A stretch of DNA of 32,559 nt from Octopus sinensis (Eukaryota). Under the pieces are notes generated by a model. It was not told the origin of the DNA. It worked only from the letters and a program-made list of their open reading frames with translations, and made no database searches. The stretch is taken from positions 1-32,559 of the forward strand of contig NW_021829613.1 of assembly GCF_006345805.1 (NCBI RefSeq), given 5' to 3'. This document shows positions 10,363-21,122 of this stretch, one piece after another (position 1 is the stretch's first letter; each line of letters begins with the position of its first letter). The position numbers and the translations under genes are program-made.

Positions 10363-10762
10363 AGGCGCAGGAGTGGCTGTGTGGTAAGTAGCTTGCTAAC
10401 CAACCACATAGTTCCGGGTTCAGTCCCACTGCATGGCATCTTGGGCAAGTGTCTTCTGCTATAGCCCCGGGCCGACCAATGCCTTGTGAGTGGATTTGGT
10501 AGATGGAAACTGAAAGATGCCTGTCGTATATATGTATATATATATGTATGTGTTTGTGTGTCTGTGTTTGTCCCCCTAGCGTTGCTTGACAACCGATGCT
10601 GGTGTGTTTACGTCCCCGTCAATTAGCGGTTCGGCAAAAGAGACCGATAGAATAAGTACTGGGCTTACAAAGAATAAGTCCCGGGGTCGATTTGCTCGAC
10701 TAAAGGTGGTGCTCCAGCTTGGCCGCAGTCAAATGACTGAAACAAGTAAAAGAGAAAAAAGA
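10363..10762 (+). mobile_element. Full-length tRNA-derived SINE family A
   Basis: Pol III-type head (aggcgcaggagtggctgtgtggtaagtagcttgc...ccgggttcagtccc), internal (TA)/(TG) tract, and tail ...gcagtcaaatgactgaaacaagtaaaaga. Several partial copies occur in the window. Confidence 0.9.
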
Positions 10763-11164
10763 AAGGGTGTCTGTAAGTCTCCTTACGCCAGTGAATCGTC
10801 TGTGATATGAACACATATTATCTAAAGGCAGATGTTCTCCGATGAGGCAAAACAACACCGATCAAATATTCACATTCCAATCTGCCACAGCGTATTAAGA
10901 ATGAATAGACACGCCACTGCTTGGATTTTTGCGGGCCTGCATTCACAGCATGAATTATTAAGCTCTATTTTGTCTCCTGGTTAATAAAAAGGCGATAGAA
11001 ATTTTACTAACACATAAGCACACGAACACACACATACGCAGATATACATATATATGCGTATGTGTATGTATGTATGCATGTACCTATATATCTATGTATA
11101 TATATATATATATATGTATGTATACACATATAAGAGAACAAAGTGTACGTACGCTCTTGTCCCA

Positions 11165-11208
<44 letters not shown>

Positions 11209-11260
11209 ATGAAAAAACAAGTAAAAAATAGAAAATGCTAAAATAATTTTATAGTGAACA

Positions 11261-11304
11261 TTTCAGTACCGGTTTCGGTCATTTTGAGACCTTTTCAACT
11301 GTAA
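11261..11304 (-). ncRNA. Type-I hammerhead ribozyme, U3-A8 variant, at the PLE 3' end
   Basis: Minus strand: tta-cag-TTGAAAA-ggtc-tcaaaat-gacc-GAAA-CCGG-TA-ctg-aaa. U3/A8 replace C3/G8 together; palindromic ACCGGU stem III; predicted cleavage between 11267 and 11266. Confidence 0.8.
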
Positions 11305-11984
11305 CGATTAAATAATTAATAATTAAATTTAGAAAAATTAGAAGAAAAGTTTTCTTAAAAGATATTTCTATAGTAGTGTTTCAGATTTAAGTGGCATTCT
11401 GCCTTTCTCTGACTCCCTTGTTTGCACTTGTGTGTTCGAGGTAGTTGTGAGTTTTTGGTAGGGTAGTAGAGGGAAGGCTGGTGAGGAAAGGGGGTGGGAG
11501 AATCTGGGAGTGCCCTGATGGTCGTATTTGAATGGTCAGTGGCGGCTGGCAGTCTCAGTTCAATTCAGGGGAATATTTATATTGACAGGCTTGTTTATAG
11601 AATTAGCGTAGGTGTTATACTAAAAAACATTAGTGACAAACTTAAGGGGTAGGGGGTGGAGAAGAAGAAGAAGAAGAAGGAGGAGAAGATGATGGTGATG
11701 GTGGTGATGATTATGACGACGATGATGATGATAACGATGATGATGAAGAAGAAGAGGAGGAGAAGGAGAAGATGGTGGTGATGATGGTGGCGATGATGAT
11801 GACGCCGATGATGATGATACGATGATGATGAAGAAGAAGAAGAAGAAAAAAACAGAGAAGGGAGAATATGAATGGGTGTAAATATAGCTATGAAGGGGCT
11901 GATAGTAATGGATTCTATGGATTGTGTAGTAGTATTTGTGTGTGTATATATATTTTTTCTCTTATTCTAAAGTTGAGGTATATT

Positions 11985-12709
11985 AATTGTTTGTCGTAGA
12001 CCCGTTAAGAAGTGGCTTGTATTTTTTAATAAAGAGATTTTCTTTACTTATTCTTTGTCTCGAGGTTGTATCGTCCCTAAATTGGTAGAGGGGGAAAATT
12101 CTGAAGTTTGGTGTTTTTTGTTGGCGCAAGTATCTATGTGTTGGCTAAAAGCTATTTTTCTGTTTTGGGGAATTTTTATCTGGGATCTGTGCAGGGCCAT
12201 TCGTTTACGCAAACCATTTTTTGTTTGGCCTATGTACTGCTCTTGACACCCGGAGCAGGTTAGTGAGTATATTAGGTTCTCCGAAGCACATGTGAAGTTG
12301 CTTTTCACTGTAAACCGTTGTCCCTGTTTGAAGGAGAACTCAGAACCCTCGATTAGATAGTCGCATATCCGCAATTGGGTCTTCACATTTTTTTACTGTC
12401 GGCTTCTGTGTGTTGAAGAGTGAATTCGGGCTTGTGTAAGGAGACTTTTCATGGATCTAGGCTGTCTTTTGCTTTTTATGATCGTGTGGTTTTGGAGGAT
12501 TGTGTTCATTCTGTGGTCTTTTTTTAGGAGGGGTATGTTGTGGAGGATGGTGTCGAAGGCTTCGTTATTGAGAGGGTTGTGTGTGGAGATGTATGGTAAG
12601 GCTTTTGGTTGTAAGTTTTTCTTTGATTTGGGATGTCTCAGTTCCTTGATGTTAAGTTGAAGGGCACGTTGAATGCACTTGTCAATAAGTGAAGGTGGAT
12701 AGTTCCTGG
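11985..12709 (-). pseudogene. PLE polyprotein remnant: RT C-terminus plus GIY-YIG endonuclease, frameshifted
   Basis: ORF 12048..12386 contains FTCASENLIYSLTCSGCQEQYIGQTKNGLRKRMALHRSQI...FSQH, i.e. GIY-YIG motifs (LIY...YIGQT...R...H) with the Cys/His residues typical of PLE endonucleases. Frameshifts near 12400, 12370 and 12090. Confidence 0.9.
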
Positions 12710-12711
12710 TG

Positions 12712-12748
<37 letters not shown>

Positions 12749-12967
12749 CTTATTTATATATATGTATGTATGAATATATGTATGCACACATGCATACAAA
12801 CGTGTGTGTGTGTATGGTGGGCAGGTTCTTCGAACAGTCACAGCTATTGGAAAAGAGATAATCATTTTATCACAGTACACGACCGAGTTAGAGGCTGAAA
12901 TTGAGGACTTATAAAGGAAAATATGCCCAGAATTTACATATTTGATCTTTGAGTTTTATTTATATTC

Positions 12968-13043
12968 TTTTATATTTGTTTCAGTCATTTGACTGCAGCC
13001 ATGATGGGGCACCGCCTTTAGTCGAACAGCCACTCCTGCGCCT
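12968..13043 (-). mobile_element. Collapsed mini-SINE: family A head joined directly to its tail
   Basis: Minus strand: aggcgcaggagtggctgt|tcgactaaaggcggtgccccatcatggctgcagtcaaatgactgaaacaaa, junction at 13025/13026. Confidence 0.85.
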
Positions 13044-13349
13044 CTATATATTTTTTGTTTACTTAGTATCAGGTTTTTAAAATTTCTAATCGTTGGTAAT
13101 CATGTATAGCACTATTTCGTTCTTTTCAGAAATCGTCAACATGACATAACCTGCGACTATGGCATAGGATCGGTATTTTTCACTCTGCGTGAGACTAAGT
13201 GGTCGGAAACATCATTCCAATACCCAAATCAAATCGGGGCTTGTCCTTATCCATTCGCCTGGATTTTGTCTAGACAGGACATATAGTGGTCATTATAGCT
13301 TATTTTGTATGTGTATGCATATATAATATATATATATAAATATATATAT

Positions 13350-13660
13350 AAATAAATGAAAGAATGGAGTTGAACGACGAATTAACAAACTTCCTTTATT
13401 TTATTTTCGACATATGTTTCGAAGGCTGCATATTCCTAATTTCGAAGGAATAAGGAGTGCATTATGCCGCCTTCTCATCAGGAAAAGCAAGGAACTTATA
13501 TCAGCATCAAGATGCACAAAAACTTTTAGATGACTGCCCACACGGAGCCCATAGCGATAATCCTTCGAAATTAGGAATATGCAACCTTCGAAACATATGT
13601 CGAAAATAAAATAAAGGAAGTTTGTTAATTCGTCGTTCAACTCCATTCTTTCATTTATTT
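13350..13660. mobile_element. 311-bp fold-back element (100-bp inverted arms, 111-bp spacer), probably PLE terminal-repeat derived
   Basis: 13350-13449 and 13561-13660 are reverse complements with one mismatch (gaaggctgca vs gaaggttgca). Confidence 0.9.
13404..13486 (-). ncRNA. Intact type-I hammerhead ribozyme with extended stem II
   Basis: Minus strand: ttttc-CTGATGA-gaaggc(g)gcata...tattcct-tcgaaatt-aggaata-tgc(a)gccttc-GAAA-CATATG-TC-gaaaa. All core nucleotides present, perfect 5-bp stem I, G10.1-C11.1 pair, palindromic ACAUAUGU stem III, GUC triplet; predicted cleavage between 13409 and 13408. Confidence 0.85.
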
Positions 13661-13811
13661 GTATTTAAAAAACTCACAAATTTCCACACGATAGCACGTG
13701 ATCTCCGCCCTAGGCATGTAGCTTCAACCGTGTTTTTCTGACGTGAATTTGCTACCCAGGTATCGCTTAACCGAATTATCCATAATAAGATAATTCATTC
13801 AACTACTCAAT

Positions 13812-13812
<1 letters not shown>

Positions 13813-13882
<70 letters not shown>

Positions 13883-14064
13883 TCTTGAAGTATATTTGTC
13901 ACTTAATGTGGCTAACTCTTAAGGTTAGCTACATTTAAGTGGCAATATACTTCAGATCGTCGTGCAACTGCTTGTTATACCTCGCTCAGAGATTTTATTA
14001 TATATATATTAATATATATGTATATATGTATATATGTATTATATATATGTATATTATATATATA

Positions 14065-14108
<44 letters not shown>

Positions 14109-14111
14109 TAT

Positions 14112-14157
<46 letters not shown>

Positions 14158-14162
14158 GTATG

Positions 14163-14228
<66 letters not shown>

Positions 14229-14234
14229 TTATAT

Positions 14235-14277
<43 letters not shown>

Positions 14278-14290
14278 CATATATAATACA
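13813..14290. repeat. Long (TA)n-rich microsatellite tracts (13813-13880 and ~14000-14290)
   Basis: Direct reading. Confidence 0.95.
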
Positions 14291-14312
14291 TAAGGGCATG
14301 CATGTGTGTGTG

Positions 14313-17038
14313 TGTGGAACTGCCATTTTCCTGCATGATTCATTTACGGCAGATGGAAATAGTATATTCTCCAACGGCTACTGTGAATCAGTCACCGTGC
14401 ACAACAAAGCCAATGACCTGACAGTAATTGGGCTCTATAGGCCGCCCCAAACACCCATACTGTGCTTTAAAGAATGCCTCAACAGCATTAAGTGCTTTAT
14501 TCAACAGTGCCATTCTAGCAACATACTCATGATGGGAGACTTCAATCTACCCTGTGTTGACTGGACCACAAACTGTTTGAAACCAAGCACTCCCGCCTCA
14601 ACCGCTGACAAAGAGCAGCAGAGTCACTTTTCGACTTTACGAATGAGTTTTTCTTGTCCCAACTTGTCCTTGCACAACAAGACATCAGAACTTTTGGACC
14701 TAGTGTTTAGTAACCACACTAACACTATACATAACGTTACAGTGGAAAAAACCCTTCTTTCAGACCATGACATGGTTCTCTGTAACATGAAATTCCACCA
14801 GCCGAAAGCTAATCCTAGTGACCTTCCTCCAGCCCACCCATTTGACAACATGGATCTCCATAAAGCCAACTGGGATGCAATCAGAACGAGCTATCAAATG
14901 TTGACTGGTCCTTTACACATACACACATCTCCACCAACCATAAAACATCTTGGCAGATCTTTGTAACAACACCGTCACAGACATATGTGCAAAACACTCC
15001 CCACCAAGACCTGTGAACAAAAAGTGCAGAATCCCCCAAAACAGAAAAACCATTATCATAAAAATAAAAAGAACAAACAAAAAAATTAACAACTAAAGTA
15101 CTGCAACAGCAACACACATTCGACGGCTATCGCACTGCTTGAATCCAAAAAATATAACCTCCAACAATGCATGAAGACCCTCATCAATAACCAAAGATCA
15201 GCTGAGGAGAAGTGGGCCATTGAAAAAATCAAACTCAACCCCAAAGTGTTCTTTTCATTTGCGAGAAACGCAGGGTCACTGTCTCCACTGTAGGCCCTCT
15301 AATTGACGAACTGGCACTCTCCAAGATAATGCCAAATCCATGGCCGAGATACTACTGCAGAAACAATACTGCTCTGTTTTCAGCAATCTGATATGGCCGA
15401 TCTGGGCTGTATCAGTGATGTCAACCCCAACACACTATATCGGACATAACGTTTAGTGCCCCTGATGTCTTAGCGGCGATAAACGAAATAAAACAATTCA
15501 AGCAATAGCAGTAGCCCCCGATAGGTTCCCTGCTTGTGTCCTGAAGGTGTGTCGACACCAACTTGCATCTCCCCTTGCTAATCTGTGGAGAAACTCACTG
15601 GATGCTGGCTATATTCCAAAAAACCTTCTGTCCCAGTCTGTTGTCCCAGTTTTCAAAAAGGGAAACAAGTCCCTTGCAGTGAATTACCGTCCGATCTCAC
15701 TCACCTCTCATATCATCAGGTATTTGAGAGGGTGGTGAGATCTCGAATAACCCAATTTCTGGAAAGCAACAGACGGCTGATCTCCAACCAACATGGGTTC
15801 CATAATGGAAGGGACTGCCTAACGCAGCTCCTGCATCACTTTGAGGACATTTTGAGAGCTTTGGGAGAGGGCTCCAACACCGATGTCATCTTCCTTGATT
15901 TCAGTAAGGCCTTCGACAGGGTCGATCACAAGATCCTATTGAAAAAACTATCCAACATTGGTGTCTCTAAAGTTACTGAATGGATTAAGTGTTTCCTGAC
16001 AGACAGATCTCAACATGTTGTAGTTGAAGGGGTAAAATCAAGCCCAGCCAAAGTCAGTAGTGGCGTTCCGCAAGGCACTGTGCTGGGCCCACTTCTTTTC
16101 ATCATTTACATTTGACATTAATGACATCATCAAGCACAGCAACATAAAATCTTTGCAGATGACTCCAAGCTACAGAAGGTCATAAATGAGGCGAGTGACC
16201 GGACATGCCTTCAGTCAGATCTACTGGCTGTTATCCAATGGGCAGAAAAAAACAATATGCTGCTGAACGAGGATAAATTTGAGCTAATCCACTTTGGAAA
16301 AGAGGATGCCCTGAAACTCCCATACTCCCTTCCTTCAGGTGAAACTCTCGCGGCGTCCAACAACATCAGAGACTTGGGAGTAATTGTGGACAACAACGTA
16401 AGCTGGGCCACTCATATAAACACCAAAGTTGACATGGCCCGCAGAATGTGTTCCTGGATTCTCAGAACTTTCCAGTCGAGAGATATCCACACCATTATCC
16501 TTCTCTTCTCCACTTTTGCCCGACCCCACCTTGAATACTGTTGTCCACTGTGGTCTCCCCACACAATACAAGGTATCATAAAAGTTGAAGCACCTCAAAG
16601 GGCAATCACAAAAAAGATAGATGGCATGACAGGCTCGACTATTGGGGTCGACTAGAAAAGCTAAAACTCTATTCTCTCCAACGTCGTCGTGAGCGCTACA
16701 TCATCTGCATGATGTGGAAAATATTCCATCAGCATTGCCCAAATGATGTTGGCATCACCTTAAAGGTACATCCAAGGCTTGGGCCCCGTGCCATCCGCCC
16801 AAAACAAAAATCGCACTCTCATCTCATAACAACAATACGGCACAATTATTTCACCTCAATTGGCCCCGCTCTCTTTAACATTACACCAAAACACATTAAA
16901 ACAGAAACTGACCCTATAGGGTTCAAGAAGTCTTTGGACAGATTCCTTCAAGAAATCCCGGATAAACCCCCTACACCCGGATATGTCTCTGTAAACAATA
17001 ACTCTCTACTTGAGTGGGCCATAGTGCCCAAATTCTGA
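14313..17038 (+). pseudogene. LINE ORF2 (APE + reverse transcriptase), broken by several frameshifts and an in-frame TGA at 16113-16115
   Basis: Pieces appear in track ORFs 14034..14966, 15547..15738, 15585..16115, 16257..16655 and 16709..17038 in different frames. Confidence 0.9.
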
Positions 17039-17127
17039 CTTGAAAGACTTCACCAGGTGGTGCTATTAAGTTAGACATGGCCTGGGCCAATAATGGCCGA
17101 AACCTATCAAAGTATCAAAGTATCAAG
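14313..17127 (+). mobile_element. 5'-truncated CR1-group non-LTR retrotransposon (LINE)
   Basis: APE endonuclease motifs ([15 protein letters not shown] at ~14532, LDLVF, LSDH at ~14757); RT motifs (FKKGNKSLAVNYRPISLTSH, NQHGF, FLDFSKAFDRVDH, SGVPQGTVLGPLLF, FADD at 16152-16163); C-terminal RPHLEYC and PGYVSVNNNSLLEW; 3' UTR stem-loop and (TATCAAAG)n tail 17105-17127. Confidence 0.93.
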
Positions 17128-17146
17128 TATATATATACATTATATA

Positions 17147-17200
<54 letters not shown>

Positions 17201-17270
17201 AATATATATATATATATTATATATATATATATATAGTATATATATATATATAAGTATATATATAATATAT
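17128..17270. repeat. (TA)n-rich microsatellite directly after the LINE tail
   Basis: Direct reading. Confidence 0.95.
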
Positions 17271-17689
17271 CGATTTTCACCCACCCTGACGTCAACGCAT
17301 ATTGAGAGACAGTTTTGTGCCATTCATACCATGGGCTCCTAGAGAGCGTTTGTCGAAAAGCTTGCTGCGCATTTGTTTGGAGATTTAAGTTCCTGGATTT
17401 TCCAGAAGAGAAAACTGCAAAATGGTCTCCTTATTCAATCCGAATTAGAGAATTTGCAGCCTTTGAAACATATGTAGAAAATAATAAAAAGGAATTTTGT
17501 AAAATCTTCGTTCAGCTCCATTTCTTCCCTCACTAAATATATAAAACTTCAATTATCCGCGCTAAGGCACGGTTCCGACACCCCATGGTCGTAACCTCAA
17601 CCGTGATTTTTCTGTTGTGATTTTTGCTACCCAGGTATCGGTTATAATTTGAATAATCCGTAACAAGATAATTCATTTATCCATTTCAA

Positions 17690-17708
17690 TATATATATAT
17701 ATATATAT

Positions 17709-17785
<77 letters not shown>
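17690..17785. repeat. (TA)n followed by (GATA)n microsatellite
   Basis: Direct reading. Confidence 0.95.
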
Positions 17786-17793
17786 CGCACACG

Positions 17794-17900
17794 TGACACA
17801 AGCTTCTTTCAGTTTCCATCGACCAAATCCATTCATAAGGCCTTGGTCGGCCCAGGGCTTTTGTAGAAGACACTGCTTCAATGTGCCATGCAATGGACTG
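17794..17900 (-). mobile_element. Internal/5' fragment of SINE family A
   Basis: gcttctttcagtttccatcgaccaaatccattcataaggccttggtcggccc...gaagacac is the reverse complement of 10440-10525. Confidence 0.8.
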
Positions 17901-17906
17901 GGCCCG

Positions 17907-17967
<61 letters not shown>

Positions 17968-18316
17968 CACACACACATACACATACACACAGACACACAC
18001 ATACACACACACACACAAATTTATTCATTTATTTATTGGTTTATTTATTTTTATAATGAAAGCGAGTAGTGGGACCAAAATAGTTGAGAATCTGAAAAAG
18101 ACTGTTGTCTATTGTAGACAGGTGTAGTTCATACACAGAACCAATATCTTCTGGACACTGACTGCGTGTTTAACCTACACCTGACGGCTAAAATTCACTC
18201 GATATACGCTATCCAGCAAATGCCGTGTGAATATCTTAAGCCATAAGCCACTACGAAACATTCAAAGAAGACGGGTACGAAAAAAAAAATAGTGTTAAAG
18301 TGTGTACAGTGTGCAC

Positions 18317-18377
<61 letters not shown>

Positions 18378-18539
18378 CCTCTCCGTTCTCTTCTCTAGTT
18401 TGTCTTTATGATTTAATATTCTCCTCTATTATCAGCAGCTAAAAACAGCTGGAGCTCAGTTTAAATAGAAAACGATTCCTATTACTTCACAGCAGCAGCA
18501 GATGGTCCTAAAGTACGTCGATGGTATTTATTCTATTAA

Positions 18540-18541
18540 CC

Positions 18542-18604
<63 letters not shown>

Positions 18605-18694
18605 CACCAGCAGTAGTAGTGGTGGTGGTGGTGGTGGTGGTGGTGGTAGTGGTGGTGGTAGTAGTAGTTGTTGTTATTGGTGGTGGTGGTGTGG
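18540..18694. repeat. (GTA)n/(GTG)n microsatellite
   Basis: Direct reading. Confidence 0.95.
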
Positions 18695-18780
18695 TGGTGT
18701 TTAGCCCTAGGCTGGCTCTGATCGAACGAACCAATCTATGTTCAAATGCATTCCAGTCACGAGCAGCAGACCAACTATTT
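18695..18780 (+). mobile_element. Short interspersed repeat following the trinucleotide tract (same family as 6604-6694)
   Basis: gtgtttagccctaggctggctctgatcgaacg...tatgttcaaatgcattccagtcacgagc. Confidence 0.55.
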
Positions 18781-19002
18781 TACATACATACATAGATAAA
18801 TACGTAGATACATATTCATACACACACACACACACACACCACACACACACACCACACAACACACACATATATATCTATATATATTATATATATATATATA
18901 CAATACATAGATTATATAAACACATGCGCATTCTATATATTTACATTATATACATTTATATATATTTATATAAAACCACATATATTTACATCTATATATG
19001 AG

Positions 19003-19033
<31 letters not shown>

Positions 19034-19626
19034 CATATATATATGGAAGCATATGCATATATATATATATCTATGCAGTTATAATGTATGTGTGCGTATG
19101 TGTGTGTGTGTGTGTATGTGAGAGAGAGAGAGAGAGAGAGTGTGCGTGTGTGTGTGTGTGCGTGCGTGTGTGTGTGTGTGTGCATCGTCTGATGTAGCCT
19201 TCATTTAAAATGAAAAGCTGTGTTTTTGAGGGTGATGTGGTTTCTATTTCTTGCAGAAATAGACCGATCGCATACCGACACATTCGTTGGCTCTTCCCTT
19301 AACCTAATAATGTATAATGTTACTATAACCGTTGTTGTGTTTGCCTATTTATTTGTGCAACACAAACCAGTCATGTTTGTGTAGGTATTCCAACACGAAG
19401 ACAACCAATCCGCAATGGGCTCTGACAATCTTCCAGCTCATTCCAGTCACGTAGATATAGCATGTTGGGTAGAGTGAATTCCTACCTTTCATTCAGTATT
19501 CTAATGATAGTTAAACCAATTTTATAGTGAAGTTAACTTATGAGTTCGATATAATATAAACAGAATCAGCGAGAAATTAATTTAAAAAATCAAGTTAGCT
19601 TTAGAGGGCTTTTCGTGTTGTTCATA

Positions 19627-20881
19627 CCAGGGTTGGACAAAATAATGGAAACACCGAGCATCTTGGCATCATAATTTCGAAATATCTATAAATCCGTCAA
19701 AAGCTTGTTTATTTTTATGTTTTTTGATTTATTATTAGTGTTGCTTAATATGTTTTGCTAAAATTGCTCTTTCTTTTCAGATATCATTAGGAAAAGGTAA
19801 TTGAAATTCATTAAAATGACAGATCTTGCGGACTTTCAAATAGGTCAAATTGTTGGTAATCGTATGACTGGAGCTAGCGTAACGAAAACAACCGAAATGC
19901 TTGGTGTATCAGGAAATACTGTCTCGAAAGTAATGACAGCCTTTCAGAAAAGGTAAAAAAACCCTCCTCATCGAAACAAAACTCCGCAAGAAAACCAAAA
20001 CTTTCAGATAGGGACTGTCGGACTCTTACGTGAATTGTTAGAAAGAATCACAAAAGTACGGCTCCCAAAATAACTGCAAAGCTTAATGACCACCTCGAGA
20101 ACCCAGTTTCCACAAATATTGTTCGCCGGATTTCACGAGAGGGCTTCATTCAGAAAAACACTACTTTCAAAAACAAAAGTTGCAAAGCGTTCAGAGTGGA
20201 GAAAAAACTCACAGGATTGGTTCCTAGAGCAGTAGAGGAATGTTATTTTATCAAACGAGCCATCATTTACCTTATTTCCGAGCATACATGTGGGGACAGC
20301 CAAAAGAAGCATTTGACCCAGACTGCCTTCTTCCAACTGTTAAACATGGAGGAGAATCTGTGATGATCTTGCGGGGGTGGGGGCTATATCTTGGAAATCC
20401 GCCGGCCCAATGGTTTCCCTTCATGGCAGAATTAATAGTCAAGACTATTTAAGCATTTTATCTGATTAAATATGTCCTATGGTTGCGGAACTGTTTCCAG
20501 AGAGAAACGCAATCTTTCAGGATGATAATGCACCAATTCCCCCAGCTAAAGTTTTTACTGAATAGCACGAGGAACATTCAAGTAAAGTTGAACATCTTAT
20601 CTGACCAACGCAGTCCCCAGGTCTCAATATTATTGAACATTTATGGTGCATTTTAGAAAAACAAGTAAGGAGTTGATATCCTCCACCATCATCACTACAA
20701 GAACTGGAGACTATTTTAGCTGAAGAATGGACAAAAATTCCTTTGGAAATAATTCAAACTTTGTACGAGTCCATACCTCGTACAATTCAAGCAGTAATTA
20801 CTGCCAAAGGCGGTCCTACCCCATATTAAAATAAATTTGTTTGAAATTTTAAGGTGTTTCCATTATTTTATCCAACTCCTG
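19627..20881 (+). mobile_element. Full-length decayed Tc1-family DNA transposon (1255 bp)
   Basis: TIRs TA|ccagggttggacaaaataatggaaacacc and ggtgtttccattattttatccaactcctg|TA enclose a transposase remnant. Confidence 0.93.
19816..20829 (+). pseudogene. Tc1 DD34E transposase, inactivated by stops and frameshifts
   Basis: MTDLADFQIGQIVGNRMTGASVTKTTEMLGVSGNTVSKVMTAF (paired-like HTH), SNEPSF (first D mutated), QDDNAPI, *PTQSPGLNIIEHLW, ending [12 protein letters not shown]. Confidence 0.9.
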
Positions 20882-20971
20882 TATATACATACGTGTGTAT
20901 ATGTGTGTATATATATATACTCATACATATTTATCTATATATCTATATCTATATCCATATATATATATATA

Positions 20972-21041
<70 letters not shown>

Positions 21042-21122
21042 TTTCGATAAATCAGCCATATATATAATAAATATATTACTGACGGAAGGTATTTGCTGGA
21101 CCATCCGAGAAATGGGATAGAT

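Larger units (their letters stand above)
11211..12709 (-). mobile_element. 5'-truncated Penelope-like retroelement (PLE) with hammerhead-containing 3' terminal region
   Basis: Minus-strand translation from 12707: RNYPPSLIDKCIQRA...LPYISTHNP...IKSKRQPRSM (PLE RT thumb/linker), then the GIY-YIG domain and a terminal LFIKKYKPLLN near 11990. Hammerhead at 11261-11304; both ends abut (TA)n; a (GAA/GAT)n tract interrupts the 3' region at ~11660-11850. Confidence 0.9.

Noticed and set aside
13130-13290. Possible plus-strand exon after ttcgttcttttcag| (frame NRQHDITCDYGIGSVFFTL..., donors at 13173 or 13189)
   Set aside because: Acceptor is plausible but the donor is ambiguous and the peptide unrecognised; needs RNA-seq junctions.
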